Shown here: one piece after another, positions 19,322-30,200 of the stretch | Layout: each line of letters opens with the position of its first letter | How positions within the stretch are numbered: the stretch's first letter is position 1 | DNA from: Candidatus Uhrbacteria bacterium | Lineage (GTDB): Bacteria; Patescibacteriota; Patescibacteriia; UBA9934 | Direction of reading: 5' to 3' | Length of the DNA stretch: 64,000 bases | Assembly: GCA_903827265.1 (NCBI GenBank) | Contig: CAIKHN010000003.1 | Coordinates: 24,392-88,391, forward strand | The notes under the pieces: model-generated | What the model was told of the DNA's origin: nothing | Databases searched by the model: none | Seen by the model: only the letters and a program-made list of their open reading frames with translations | Translations under genes and position numbers: made by a program

Positions 19322-20647
19322 ATGGCGGAGATTAAGCCCGATATCGAAACCTGTGCCAAAATTAAGGTCATTGGTGTTGGAGGTGGTGGGGGATCGGCGC
19401 TCAACCGCATGATTGCAGCAAATTTGCGTGGCGTTGATTTTATTGCGGTCAATACTGATGCGCAGGCGCTTCATGCGAATTTGGCGGTAACGAAGATTCC
19501 TATCGGAAAAACCGTCACCCGTGGTTTGGGTGCTGGTATGAATCCGGAAATTGGCCGACGAGCAGCCGAAGAAAATGCAAACGATTTGCGCAACGCCATT
19601 TCTGGTGCGGACATGGTTTTCCTCACGTGTGGCCTTGGCGGCGGAACTGGAAGCGGTGCTGCGGCACAAATCGCCATGATCGCTCGCGAGGTTGGCGCGT
19701 TAACGATTGCGGTTGTTACAAAGCCGTTCGGATTTGAAGGTGCTCAGCGAAAGCGTATTGCAGAAGATGCATATCAGGAACTTTCTCAGCACGTCGATAC
19801 GGTTATTACCATTCCAAACGATCGCGTGCTTCAAATTATCGATAAAAAAACGTCGTTGCTTGATGCGTTTAAAATCGTCGACGATGTTTTGCGACAGGGT
19901 GTGCAAGGTATTGCCGAAATTATTACGCTTCCTGGATTGATTAACGTCGACTTTGCCGATGTGAAAGCGATCATGGCGAATGCTGGAAGTGCACTGATGG
20001 GCATTGGGCGATCGTCTGGAGAAAATCGCGCAGTCGATGCCGCGAAGCAGGCTATCGCAAGTCCGCTTTTGGAAATTTCAATCGATGGCGCGAAGGGCAT
20101 TTTGTTTACCGTGACCGGTGGTCCGGATTTGGCAATGTACGAAGTCGCAGAAGCAGCGAAGGTTATTACTGGGTCGGCCGACGACGACGCTCGCGTGATT
20201 TTCGGTGCGAATATCGACGAGTCGATGGGCGATGAAGTTCGCATTACCGTTGTTGCGACTGGATTTGATAATCGCGAAATGCGTCGTGCGCCAAGTTTGG
20301 CGGGCGATGTTGAAATTGCTCCGCGATCGACGTGGCAGCCAACGCCAGTTGCGCGCCGCGATGATTTCCGAGGAACGACGCGAATCGCTGCTCCATACGA
20401 AACACCATTTGAATCTCGAAAAGTTCCATCAACACCGGTGCAGCAAGAGCGCGAGGTGTATCAGGAGCCGCAACCACAGCGCGCTGCTCCAGCGCCAGAT
20501 CCTGCGCCAGCAGAGCCTCGCTTCCGTCAGCAGCCGTTAGCAACCCAGCCGCAGCAACAAGCACCGGCGCCAATTCAGCAGCCTCCGCAAAAAACTGAAG
20601 ATGATGATTTTGGGATTCCTGCATTCATCCGTCGAAAAATGATGTAA
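19322..20647 (+). CDS. ftsZ: Cell division protein FtsZ
   Basis: Tubulin-like GGGTGSG motif (GLGGGTGSGAA), a Pro/Gln-rich linker and the conserved C-terminal peptide DDDFGIPAFIRRK. The ORF track starts at 19307; ATG 19322 (MAEIKPD) is the likely start. Confidence 0.9.
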   Translation: MAEIKPDIETCAKIKVIGVGGGGGSALNRMIAANLRGVDFIAVNTDAQALHANLAVTKIPIGKTVTRGLGAGMNPEIGRRAAEENANDLRNAISGADMVFLTCGLGGGTGSGAAAQIAMIAREVGALTIAVVTKPFGFEGAQRKRIAEDAYQELSQHVDTVITIPNDRVLQIIDKKTSLLDAFKIVDDVLRQGVQGIAEIITLPGLINVDFADVKAIMANAGSALMGIGRSSGENRAVDAAKQAIASPLLEISIDGAKGILFTVTGGPDLAMYEVAEAAKVITGSADDDARVIFGANIDESMGDEVRITVVATGFDNREMRRAPSLAGDVEIAPRSTWQPTPVARRDDFRGTTRIAAPYETPFESRKVPSTPVQQEREVYQEPQPQRAAPAPDPAPAEPRFRQQPLATQPQQQAPAPIQQPPQKTEDDDFGIPAFIRRKMM

Positions 20648-20654
20648 CGGAGGT

Positions 20655-21119
20655 ATGCGTTGCCCAGTGTGCGATTATAAGTCCACAAAAGTTATCGATT
20701 CCCGTCTTTCACAGGACGGCATGGCGGTTCGTCGACGGCGAGAATGTGAAAAGGCGCGATGTGCGTTTCGTTTTAGCACGCAAGAGGAGGTGGAGCTCAT
20801 GGATTGTGCTGTGGTAAAGCGCAATGGTCGACGCGAACCGTATTTGCGAGAGAAGCTCGAATCCGGACTGAAGAAGTCGCTCGAGAAGCGACCGTACACG
20901 CAAAATCAATTTCATTCGCTCGTGCACAATATTGAGCGCGAAATTCAAAAAGTTCGTGGGGGAGAAATTACGTCTGCACAAGTCGGAGAGATCGTGATGC
21001 AACAGCTGAAGGGATTTGATAAGGTGGCATACATTCGTTTTGCGTCCGTGTACCATTCGTTTGAAGGACTTGAAATGTTTGAGAAGGAATTAAAGAATTT
21101 ATCGGGGAAAGAGATTTGA
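20655..21119 (+). CDS. nrdR: Transcriptional repressor NrdR
   Basis: 154 aa. N-terminal zinc ribbon CPVCDY...CEKARC followed by an ATP-cone domain. Confidence 0.85.
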   Translation: MRCPVCDYKSTKVIDSRLSQDGMAVRRRRECEKARCAFRFSTQEEVELMDCAVVKRNGRREPYLREKLESGLKKSLEKRPYTQNQFHSLVHNIEREIQKVRGGEITSAQVGEIVMQQLKGFDKVAYIRFASVYHSFEGLEMFEKELKNLSGKEI

Positions 21120-21138
21120 GTGCTATACTTTCCTTTGT

Positions 21139-22542
21139 ATGGCGCGGAGAACGCGAATTGTTTGTACTATTGGCCCAGCGTCGTCGACGCCATCTGTTTT
21201 GGTGCGCATGATGCGTTCCGGTATGGACGTTGCGCGATTGAACTTTTCTCATGGCACACATGCCGAGCATGAAGTGCTATTACGGAATATCCGATCAAGC
21301 GCAAAGAAGGCCGGCAAACACGTTTCGATTTTACAAGATTTACAAGGGCCGAAAATTCGTGTTGGCGCGCTTCCTGAAGATGGCGTCGAACTTCATAACG
21401 GTCAGTCGGTAAGCTTTTCAACGGCAATTGATACGTACGAGGCTCGCGGTTCGTTTCCGGTAACGTATAAACAGTTACACCGTGACATCAAGCCGGGCCA
21501 CCGAATTCTCCTTGATGACGGTTTCCTCGAGGCAACGGTCACAAGCGTGAAGGGAAAGGTTATTCACGCGAAAGTCAGCCATGGCGGCGTACTTAAATCA
21601 CGAAAAGGAATCAATCTTCCTGATACAAAAGTAAGTGTCGATCCATTTACGGAGAAAGATCACACGGATCTTTTGTTCGGCGTTGCGCATAATGTCGATT
21701 GGTTGGTGCTTTCGTTTATCGCAAAACCAGAAGTCGTGGAGCACGTTCGGAAAGTGGCAACTGTAGCGGCTCGTGCAAATGGTGTTACGTCGCCGTGGAT
21801 CATGGCGAAAATTGAAACCGCACTCGCGGTTGAGCGGTTTGACGAAATTCTCGATGTCGTCGACGGCATTATGCTTGGGCGCGGCGATTTGGGACTTGAA
21901 ATCCCCATGGAGGAAGTGCCAATTGTCCAAAAGGAAATTATCGAAAAATGCCGGAGGGCAGGGAAACCGATTATTATCGCAACGCACATGCTCGATTCGA
22001 TGGCTCGAAACCCACGAGCCACGCGTGCTGAGGTTTCTGATGTCGCAAATGCCGTTCTTGACCACACTGATGCGGTAATGCTTTCTGCGGAGTCTGCTTC
22101 CGGGCGTTATCCTGCAGCAACGGTGCAGGCGATGGCATCGGTAATCGACGAAGCAGAGAAATCGCGATTTGATTTAGTGGAAATGCCAATCGACGACGTC
22201 GACAGCCCTGTTCACGCATTCGCGCACAGCATTGCCGTTATGGCGTCGCGTGGACTGATTGACGCTGTGGTAAGTACATCCGCGCTTCCTGATGTTGCAT
22301 TCGCATTACCGCGGTATCGGCCGCATGTTCCAATTCTCGTTGGGTGCGACGCCACCGATGAAGCGCGTCGAGTGATGCTGTATGCAGGCGTGATGCCGTT
22401 TGTGCTTGAACTTGATGCTGGCACATTTGTTCCTCGGTCACACGCGTACCTTGTTCGACATGGATTTTTGCATGCTCGTAGCCGAGTTGCGTATGTGGTT
22501 GGCGGCGGCGGAACCCTTTCGCTCGTGATTCACGGCGGATAG
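21139..22542 (+). CDS. pyk: Pyruvate kinase
   Basis: 467 aa. RRTRIVCTIGPAS at the N-terminus, then NFSHG and the MLGRGDLGLEIP active-site region. Confidence 0.85.
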   Translation: MARRTRIVCTIGPASSTPSVLVRMMRSGMDVARLNFSHGTHAEHEVLLRNIRSSAKKAGKHVSILQDLQGPKIRVGALPEDGVELHNGQSVSFSTAIDTYEARGSFPVTYKQLHRDIKPGHRILLDDGFLEATVTSVKGKVIHAKVSHGGVLKSRKGINLPDTKVSVDPFTEKDHTDLLFGVAHNVDWLVLSFIAKPEVVEHVRKVATVAARANGVTSPWIMAKIETALAVERFDEILDVVDGIMLGRGDLGLEIPMEEVPIVQKEIIEKCRRAGKPIIIATHMLDSMARNPRATRAEVSDVANAVLDHTDAVMLSAESASGRYPAATVQAMASVIDEAEKSRFDLVEMPIDDVDSPVHAFAHSIAVMASRGLIDAVVSTSALPDVAFALPRYRPHVPILVGCDATDEARRVMLYAGVMPFVLELDAGTFVPRSHAYLVRHGFLHARSRVAYVVGGGGTLSLVIHGG

Positions 22543-22546
22543 CTCT

Positions 22547-23035
22547 ATGAAGCGATTCCTTTCCTTCGTCGGTATTTTTTCCATTCTTGGAGCTGGTTGT
22601 TATTCAGCTCCGATATCGACGAGCTCTCTGCCTGTTCCTCAGGCAGCGTTGCCTGTGGAATCTGTTTTACCAGATGTTTCATCGGCGCCTTCAGGTTTAG
22701 TCGACGTTGCGTTATCTAATACAGATACTGTTCCGGAAAATCCGGCTCCTCCAGCACCACAACAGGAGGCCCTTTTTATTTCGATGACGTCGGGAAATTT
22801 CTTTTTTGATCCTTCAGCAATTACGGCAAGTCCGGGGCAAACAGTGACCATTTCCTTTGTGGATTCTGAAGGTTCGCATACATTCGTGATTGATGAGCTC
22901 GGAATTCAGAAGGATGTTACGACTGGTACTGTCATCACGTTTGCTGCTCCAGAAACGCCAGGAAATTATGCGTACTATTGTGATACTGGCGCACATCGAA
23001 AATTAGGAATGGAAGGAATACTCACGGTAAAATAG
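22547..23035 (+). CDS. Secreted cupredoxin-domain (plastocyanin/azurin-like) copper protein
   Basis: 162 aa with a signal peptide. Type-1 Cu ligands H...YYCDTGAHRKLGM in the C-terminal beta-sandwich. Confidence 0.7.
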   Translation: MKRFLSFVGIFSILGAGCYSAPISTSSLPVPQAALPVESVLPDVSSAPSGLVDVALSNTDTVPENPAPPAPQQEALFISMTSGNFFFDPSAITASPGQTVTISFVDSEGSHTFVIDELGIQKDVTTGTVITFAAPETPGNYAYYCDTGAHRKLGMEGILTVK

Positions 23036-23050
23036 CGCAAAAATAAAACA

Positions 23051-23073
23051 CAGCCCTCGCGGGCTGCGTTTTT
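23051..23073. terminator. Bidirectional rho-independent terminator between convergent genes
   Basis: cagccc-tcgc-gggctg hairpin followed by cgttttt on the plus strand; the minus strand has an A/T tract upstream that mirrors it. Confidence 0.6.
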
Positions 23074-23079
23074 GAGATT

Positions 23080-23301
23080 TTACACCTTACATGATTTGCA
23101 CTTTCCGCAGAAAAGCATCGCAACCGCTGAAAGACCAACGAGCATGTAGACAATATTCTCAAGTGTGCCTCCGGAGATTCCTCCGAGAAGGGAATGAACG
23201 AGGTTCCACTGGAAGAAGCCCCAAAGTCCCCAGTTCAATGCACCGACCCAGACCAATACGCCAGCAACCTTGTGTACCGTACATTCGCCTTTGCCCATCA
23301 T
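23080..23301 (-). CDS. DUF378 family small membrane protein
   Basis: 73 aa. GALNWGLWGFF...VYMLVGLSAVAML matches the DUF378 consensus. Confidence 0.7.
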   Translation of the reverse strand: MMGKGECTVHKVAGVLVWVGALNWGLWGFFQWNLVHSLLGGISGGTLENIVYMLVGLSAVAMLFCGKCKSCKV

Positions 23302-23377
23302 AGGAAAACGATTAGGGATTAATTCCTAAAGAAAGCATACATGGAAAACGCCTATCACCCTGTTTGCCTGTGGAAAA

Positions 23378-24376
23378 CTATTTTCCGTATTGGCCCATGA
23401 TGAACGTGTCGACTGTTGTGGTGAGCGATGCGATAGTTTTTGCGAGCGTTGAAAGGTCTTTTCCTTCAGTCATGACGCAGATGACGTATGGTGATGTGTC
23501 GTACACAATGCCGCAATCATGGTGCTGATATGTTGTTGATCCATCGGTGTTTGTTGCTGAAGACTCGCCGAATTTATGCGCGACGATGTCTGACGGGTCT
23601 ACGCCGGCAACAAGAGCGTCCTTGTATGCGCTTTGAGAGAGCCACTCAAGTGAACGTTCTGAGTTCTGTTCAGAAATGAGTGTGCTGTTGTAGAGAATGC
23701 GAAGGAATCGCGAGTACAGCCGCGGGGAGATGGTGTAATTCGCATTGTCTGCGTATTGCGGAATTTCGAGGTCTTGCAGCGTTTTGTTGAGCACCCCCGG
23801 ATTGATATTCGCGATAAGCGTTCGTGACGCGTTGTTGTCTGAATAGACAATCATGAGCCGAAGCAGCTCCTCGACGGTATACGTCTTTCCAGCAATCGCC
23901 GTTTGTTCCGGAAGAATGTTCTGCTCGTTATCACTTGCGTATTCCTGAACCGCGAGCGTTTGTGAGAGGACTCCTGGATCGCTGTCTGCGCCTTCCATGT
24001 ACACCATGAGCGTCACGATTTTCATGAGACTTGCTGGCCGGAATTGGTCGTCGCCGTTTACTGCGGTCCAGGATCCATTCGCGAGACTTCTAACGTAAAT
24101 ACTTGCGCGAGAAATATCGCCAGACGCTTTTGCTCTATTAATTGCGTCATCGAGATTGTTTTTGAGTCCATCAAATTCTGTGCTCGGGGTTGCACTGTCA
24201 ATATTGCACGCGAGAAGCGGCTTTATGAGAGGGCGGGATGGAACAGTGATACGAAGCGAGTGTCCGGTGTTTTGGCTTGAATCTTGGCTGAGGATCTGGG
24301 CAACAGAAAAACCTGCAAGAAGTCCCGCTGCAAAAATCCCGGCACCATACCACGCAATTTTTCGTGAAGCCCGCAT
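23378..24376 (-). CDS. Serine hydrolase (class A beta-lactamase / PBP-like fold)
   Basis: 332 aa with signal anchor. SxxK motif (ASLMK), a later SDN-like motif (YSDN) and a KFG(E)S KTG-like triad. Confidence 0.6.
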   Translation of the reverse strand: MRASRKIAWYGAGIFAAGLLAGFSVAQILSQDSSQNTGHSLRITVPSRPLIKPLLACNIDSATPSTEFDGLKNNLDDAINRAKASGDISRASIYVRSLANGSWTAVNGDDQFRPASLMKIVTLMVYMEGADSDPGVLSQTLAVQEYASDNEQNILPEQTAIAGKTYTVEELLRLMIVYSDNNASRTLIANINPGVLNKTLQDLEIPQYADNANYTISPRLYSRFLRILYNSTLISEQNSERSLEWLSQSAYKDALVAGVDPSDIVAHKFGESSATNTDGSTTYQHHDCGIVYDTSPYVICVMTEGKDLSTLAKTIASLTTTVDTFIMGQYGK

Positions 24377-24435
24377 ATTTCTCTATTCTTGCATAACAAA
24401 AGTTCAAGAGCAAACCATGAGGCCGTACACCCGGA

Positions 24436-24933
24436 TTACATTGTTTGCTGATGCTCTTCTTGTAATGTTCGCATTGCTCGACTCAATGCGTCGGTATCAA
24501 AATAAAAATTCGTATCGCGATCAGCGCCTGTTGCCGGGTTCGAATCTTCATTGCCCATGTCGGCATCATGAAGTGTATGGAATATGGTCTCGCCACACAG
24601 TTTGGAGTCGGTAGCCCGTACTTGTGTACCACCAAAGCCTGTGCGTGCACGATTGAATAATGCCACCCGATCATCGGCTGCCTCCACCTCTTCCATTCGA
24701 CCTTCGAGTGCTTCGCGTGTCATATGAACGCCGAGTGCAGTCAGTTTTTCGGAAATCTGATCCAGGAGGATTTCTCGAATGTCATCGGATTCCTCATTCT
24801 CGACATACTCGTTCACTGCGAGACGAATTTCTTCGACTGCTTGAGCAATTTCCGGGATAATTTCGTGTGTAACGTGTCCTTCATCATTTGTGACGAGCAC
24901 TGCGTCTGGACGGGTTTCAAAATTTCCGAGCAT
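24436..24933 (-). CDS. Hypothetical acidic protein
   Basis: 165-aa ORF with coherent codon usage. No recognisable motif. Confidence 0.4.
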   Translation of the reverse strand: MLGNFETRPDAVLVTNDEGHVTHEIIPEIAQAVEEIRLAVNEYVENEESDDIREILLDQISEKLTALGVHMTREALEGRMEEVEAADDRVALFNRARTGFGGTQVRATDSKLCGETIFHTLHDADMGNEDSNPATGADRDTNFYFDTDALSRAMRTLQEEHQQTM

Positions 24934-25009
24934 ACATTCTTTAATGATTTAATGATAATCCTTACGAGTGTAATTCACTTGAGCAATTTCATGAAAGGAG
25001 CCGTGTTGA

Positions 25010-25426
25010 TTACGCGTTTTTTATCACTTTATTCTCGGGAAGGCTCGGGGTTCGCGCACTGAGCATTGTTGTTGTTTCGTAGACCTCAAGCACGGCTTCG
25101 TCGACGTTCGACCTCATAAATACAAAATCACCGTCACTCAAAATGCGCTCTTCACCGCCAATGAGATATTTCACTTTTCCGTGAATAATAAAATTTATTT
25201 CCGTGCCTTGAGGATGAAAGTGCGTGCCCTGCGTTTCGCCTGGCTGAAGCACGCTATATTTCACCTCGAGTTCGGAGGTTTTCATAGGGTGTCCTTCCGG
25301 GAGAAAATGTCCGCAAATCCATCCCCGCGTTGTAGAGCAGTTTTGTATATTGTCGATGACGTATTTTGTCATAATAAGTGGGGGAGTTTGAAAGATCTCG
25401 TTCATATTAACATGAAATTTGTGCAC
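25010..25426 (-). CDS. Cupin domain protein
   Basis: GETQGTHFHPQGTEINFIIHGKVKY...GDFVFM, the two cupin motifs G(x)5HxH...G...G. The start is uncertain; a shorter form starts at MKTSELEV (25285). Confidence 0.6.
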   Translation of the reverse strand: MHKFHVNMNEIFQTPPLIMTKYVIDNIQNCSTTRGWICGHFLPEGHPMKTSELEVKYSVLQPGETQGTHFHPQGTEINFIIHGKVKYLIGGEERILSDGDFVFMRSNVDEAVLEVYETTTMLSARTPSLPENKVIKNA

Positions 25427-25522
25427 AGATCATCTCTTGAAAATTTTTGGGGAAAAGAAGAGCGCGTCCCATCGGCAGAAAGCCGAGGGACGGCTTCTCT
25501 GTTTGGGGCGCGCGAGTTGTGA

Positions 25523-26158
25523 TTACGCGGATGTGGTTGGGGGCGTCAGGGTGAAGCGGTAGCCGGAAGAGATGAATGTGAACCCTCCCTCCGCCGTCCT
25601 GGACCCGTCCTTGCACGAACCGCTCATGTAGTCGACGTCGACCCACGAACACGGCTCATTGATTGGGTCCTCTACTTCCTGTGTAGCGAGAGTGGGCTCC
25701 TTGCTTCGCACGCAGTCCGGATCGATGTCCTTGATGCTGTATTTGCGGAAGAAGAGCCGCACACCGTGCTCACGCGGATGCCGGCCGACAACCGCCTCGT
25801 GCCACAGCACCCGCGCCCGCTTCTTCGGTCGCTTGATGGACACCGTCCACCCGACGACATCGCCTTCGCCCTTCATGAAGAGCACGGCGAGCGCGTCCAC
25901 GATGCCGGCCATGCTCTCGCGGTTGCGCGATGCTTCCGCCTGGCTCTTCTCCCACGCCAGGTGTATCTCACGCGGAACGTTGTCCATGGGGAACGTCGTC
26001 TGTCCTCGACCCATCATCTCGTTGAGCCCGTCGCTGATGATCTTCGCCTGCTGTTCTGGGCTCAGTGCATCCCATTGTTCGCGATATTTGCCGAGGATCT
26101 CCTGCGTCCGGGGGTTCACAACGTAACCCCCATTTTCCTTTGCTCTTTCCTTCGCCAT
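25523..26158 (-). CDS. Hypothetical protein in a high-GC (about 60%) segment
   Basis: Start MAKERAKE at 26158 is preceded by a GGAGGTG SD. No recognisable domain. GC is well above the window average. Confidence 0.45.
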   Translation of the reverse strand: MAKERAKENGGYVVNPRTQEILGKYREQWDALSPEQQAKIISDGLNEMMGRGQTTFPMDNVPREIHLAWEKSQAEASRNRESMAGIVDALAVLFMKGEGDVVGWTVSIKRPKKRARVLWHEAVVGRHPREHGVRLFFRKYSIKDIDPDCVRSKEPTLATQEVEDPINEPCSWVDVDYMSGSCKDGSRTAEGGFTFISSGYRFTLTPPTTSA

Positions 26159-26228
26159 TTGCACCTCCGAGTGCAGTATAAAGGTAGTGGGTTCACTCCG
26201 AAAAGTCAACAAAACGCGCGAGGCGAGA

Positions 26229-26495
26229 TTAGCGCTGGCCGCGAGGCCGGGGTCGATGGCCGCGCGGCGGGTGCTCTGTGAGGACGGTGTCGACGAAGGA
26301 GTCTCTGCAGCCTTCGTGCGCTACTCCATTGGCGTGTAGCTCAACCCGATGAGTGGGCCATTCGTCGGTGATTGGCTCGTTGCAGATCGTGCACGTGCTC
26401 GGAGGCGCAGGCGGCGTTGGTGCAGCCATGAATTCTGCAAGAGAGGTGAACGGGCTTGCCGCGATGAGTGAAGTAATACCAGATCGTGGAGACAT
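26229..26495 (-). CDS. Small zinc-ribbon protein (CxxC...HxxC)
   Basis: 88 aa, CTICNEP...HEGC. It lies in the same high-GC segment. Confidence 0.35.
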   Translation of the reverse strand: MSPRSGITSLIAASPFTSLAEFMAAPTPPAPPSTCTICNEPITDEWPTHRVELHANGVAHEGCRDSFVDTVLTEHPPRGHRPRPRGQR

Positions 26496-26580
26496 GGGAC
26501 CTCTTGGGTGATGATGAGATTATCATGATTGATGAAAGAGGGAAACGAACGTTGGCATTTCCCATTCGCCAATAGAAAAA

Positions 26581-26607
26581 CACGACCGGTGTGGTCGTGT
26601 TTTTCTG
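26581..26607. terminator. Bidirectional rho-independent terminator at the island boundary
   Basis: aaaaa-cacgacc-ggtg-tggtcgtg-ttttt. On the minus strand it terminates the 33787->26676 operon. Confidence 0.65.
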
Positions 26608-26615
26608 GCGGGACG
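26601..26615 (+). repeat. Distal att direct repeat (ttttctggcgggacg), a partial copy of the tRNA-Asp 3' end
   Basis: Perfect 15-bp match to 38370-38384, which spans the tRNA-Asp 3' terminus, in direct orientation. Confidence 0.6.
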
Positions 26616-26675
26616 TGGTGGAACGGGTAGGAATGCATTTTATGGCTATTTCAATTTAGAGGGGACAGCTTCTTC

Positions 26676-27212
26676 TTAATCTTCGTATTTTACAGTCCAA
26701 TGGGGTGAGCCAGTATGAAAGGAATTGGCAGAAACCTCAAAATCTCCAATACTTGTTATCTTATTTCCAAAAATGTCCTCGTAAGTTAAATTCAAGTCCA
26801 CGTTTTGTCCCCTAATCCCGTTCCAAACAGCTTCGTTCTCGGGAAGAGTCTCAGAGCGCGTCCAGGCGATGCTTCCATCTGGTTTGACAGAAGATGTGAG
26901 TTTTTTTGAGAAACCCAATTTAGGCACACTAAGGTTTATATTTTGAGCCAAACCTTGGCCTACGTTTTTGAAGCGAACCTCAAAGTAAAAATCTGTGCCT
27001 TGTCGTTCCGAGCCGACGACTATTTCGTCTGGCTCGAGAATCGGCATCAATGATGCCTGAGTTGCTCTTTTTGCTTCGAGGGCGGACTTAGCGGATTGTT
27101 TTGCGGAATACAAAGAGATAAATGCCGCAAGCACAGTTCCGATCGCTGCAATAACATCCCATGTATTGTTATTTTGCAGAGATACAAAGTGATGATGGAG
27201 ATTTTCGTACAT
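26676..27212 (-). CDS. Hypothetical membrane-anchored protein (third gene of the island operon)
   Basis: 178 aa, N-terminal TM WDVIAAIGTVLAAFISLY, low GC. It lies 42 bp downstream of the giant NTPase gene on the same strand. Confidence 0.5.
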   Translation of the reverse strand: MYENLHHHFVSLQNNNTWDVIAAIGTVLAAFISLYSAKQSAKSALEAKRATQASLMPILEPDEIVVGSERQGTDFYFEVRFKNVGQGLAQNINLSVPKLGFSKKLTSSVKPDGSIAWTRSETLPENEAVWNGIRGQNVDLNLTYEDIFGNKITSIGDFEVSANSFHTGSPHWTVKYED

Positions 27213-27253
27213 AGTTTCATTGTTGCAAAAAGGATCTGTATTCTGCCTTGCGT

Positions 27254-30200
27254 TTAGGGCGTACGCGGCGGAAGAAGGATGGGGCTTACATTTAATAAGC
27301 GATATTGTTCAATTTTCTTCACTTCTCCGTAGCCGTGTTCTTGATAGCGATACGTAGATTTTACCAGGTATCCCATCCTAAGTCCGTTTTGAGCTAGACA
27401 CTCTTCCAAAAACGCTTTATCGATTCGTAGCCACTGGCCGTAAGGCAAAGGCATATCGAAATTACTTCTCTCTTTCAGTCCCTCTATCCAGTCGCCATGC
27501 GTAATTTTCTCTCCGTTTTCATCGCTGTAGACATACTGAAAATCCTGAATTTCGCCTATGGAATCCCGTCTGATTCCTGGAGCGGGCAAGAGTTGAAGCT
27601 GGTAATCTCTGAAGTATTGCCAGAGATTTATGGTCAGATCTCGAGTCCGTGCAACTAGAGGGTAGACCATCAAGTCTTCTATTCGAGTCGGATCTAACCC
27701 AATCGGATATAGGCACGCCGCAGGATTGTCCAAAAAACTCAAAGGATAAGGAGTGTGTATTGGAATCAGGGCAAGACTTGATCTATCTAGTATTAATTCC
27801 GAAACCGCCTCCGCGGTTGGCATATTGGAGCCAACAACTTCGTAAGCAAAACCTATAAGAGAAATTGAATGAGAAGGATCGAGCTTTTCCGCAAGCGCAG
27901 GCATAACCGCGCCCTCAAAGGCCAAAAACGGTTTATCCTGGTTATTTGTGAGAATTGATTCAATTGGGATCTGCAGATCAATTTTAGTTAGATCCGTTTC
28001 CGCCATTTGACCTTCAGCTAGTCTCGGCCACCAGTCTGGAATTCTACCCACTAGTTTTTGCCAAATCCCCAGATCTACTGGCAATGTTGCATATGAGTAT
28101 TCAAGATAGAAATCTTCCGCGATCTTTCCATCCAAATAATACTGGTGGACTACTCTGAGAAACGCCGATCTGTATGCCTCGCTGAGAGATGTAGACATAC
28201 CTGGGATTGATGCCCCGCGTTCTCTTCCCTGGAAATACCCGGCGTCAGCGTTTAAGGAAATCCCGTTTTCTTGGATTAGGATCGATGAAGTGTACGCCCA
28301 TTGTTGAAGAAAACGACCACCGGTTTTTTTATCTATTTCTTTGGCCCGTTCGTGATAAATCGGAGCCAGAAAAGACCTGATGTGTCTATTGAAAAAGTTG
28401 TCAGCCAGAAAGGCGGAAGGCACGGCAGAAACCGCCCCAAAGGCGGGTAAAGCTTCATCGTCAAAATCTTCACCCAGAAGGAATGACAGCTCTACGAGCA
28501 ATTCTTGAATTACAACTGAATTTACACTCAAACTCAGAACGATGTCAGAAAACTTTATGTAAGAAAGCTCATCTCCCTTGCTTAGCGAGAAGGCTCTGAT
28601 CAAGGGTAAGAGGTGAATCGCAACAATGCTCTCAAGACAGATTTGCTTCAGGTTAGTTAAAAAATTTTTGTATAATTCCTCGCGCTTTGAAGAGAAGACG
28701 AATAATTGAGCGATTGCTGTTGCTGTTCGTTCGCGAACTAACGGACTTGGCCACGTCAGCCTTTGTATTAAAAGGTCAAATTCATCCGGTTCCTTCTCAG
28801 CATACTTAGCGTCCCCCCAGATGGGTTTGGCCAACTTAGTCTCAGCCATTAGCGATTCCGCGAAAGTGATTCCCGCCTCGGTGATTGCCACGGCATTTAC
28901 TAGATCCCCAAATAACACAAAGAAATCAACGGCACGCGCTATTGGCACAAAATATCTTAGACCACTGTCCCACCTATTACCTACAGCGATACTCCTTTCA
29001 AAAAATTCTAAATAACGCGTCGGATATTTATCTTGCAGAAACACCCAACGTGCCTCAGCTTTATTCTTATCCGTCCAATATAATTGCCAGCCATTGTCAT
29101 TAGCTTGCGCTCGACAAAGCAATTCGAATGCGCGTCCATTCTCGAATTCGTAGGCCAATGGATAGAGCACATCAAGTAGCTCGCCGCCCAGGTGATTTAG
29201 CTCCGTTTCAGGCACTGCCGCCATGAAACTCCTATAGATTTTTTCTTTATCATCATTCTCCAACCAATGAATAAGCCACCCATGTAAATATGTCTCCCGT
29301 TCCCAGGGGCTGCCGAAGGTTCTTTCTCTCAAGTTCTGCACTAATAGATCAGGAGAAACGCTACTAAAGTCCTCGGTGGAAGCCGGTCGAATGTATGGAG
29401 TCGAAGCATCTTTTTCTGGGTAAGTTATTTCTCCAAAGTAATCCGTAATAATACTCAAAGCTTTAGCAGCCCCTTCTTGTTTCTGTGCAAGGATGCCGAG
29501 CGACTTATATGAATCCTCATCAAGAGCTGTTGTTGCTAGTGCGGTAGATACGTCGGAATCATACGGCAATGACTGAACGATGACTTCGAAGATATCTTCT
29601 GCGTGAAATAAGTTCCCCGAGTCTGCATTTACATAGTAATCCTTATATAGAGCCGATCGATCAGATTTTCCAAAGATTTGAGCAAGATTCAGTGAAAGAT
29701 GATTAGTTTCATCTCCATCTGTATATTCAGTTACATTTTCTACAATCGGTGCAATCGATGCCAGCCAATGATGCATTTTTACTGCTTCAACACCTGCTGA
29801 TCCACAAGCCGAAATAGCATCCAGCACTCCATCTAGGTACATGTCCTTGTGATAGCCGTATCCGAGAAGATTTTTTGCAGAATCTAAAAGTAACTCTTTT
29901 GCACGTTCAGTGTCTCTCTGAATCCTGCAAAGTGCAGCAAGATCAGCGAAAGAGGTAGTCCTTTCTGAAAAATATCCGACTGATCCCTTAAGATTTTTAA
30001 CTTGCGTCTCGATAAATTGGATATGCGCATCGTCCACGAAGACAGGCTCACCCTGCTTAATGGAGAGTTCCAACAAATTAGCTGCATTAAAAAACGGAGT
30101 GCTCAGAATCGATGAGACGTCCCCGGGGGTAAATTGATACGAAGATCCAAGAGCCTTTTTTAGGATCAATAAATCTGAAAGATTTAAGGAAGTCGATGCC

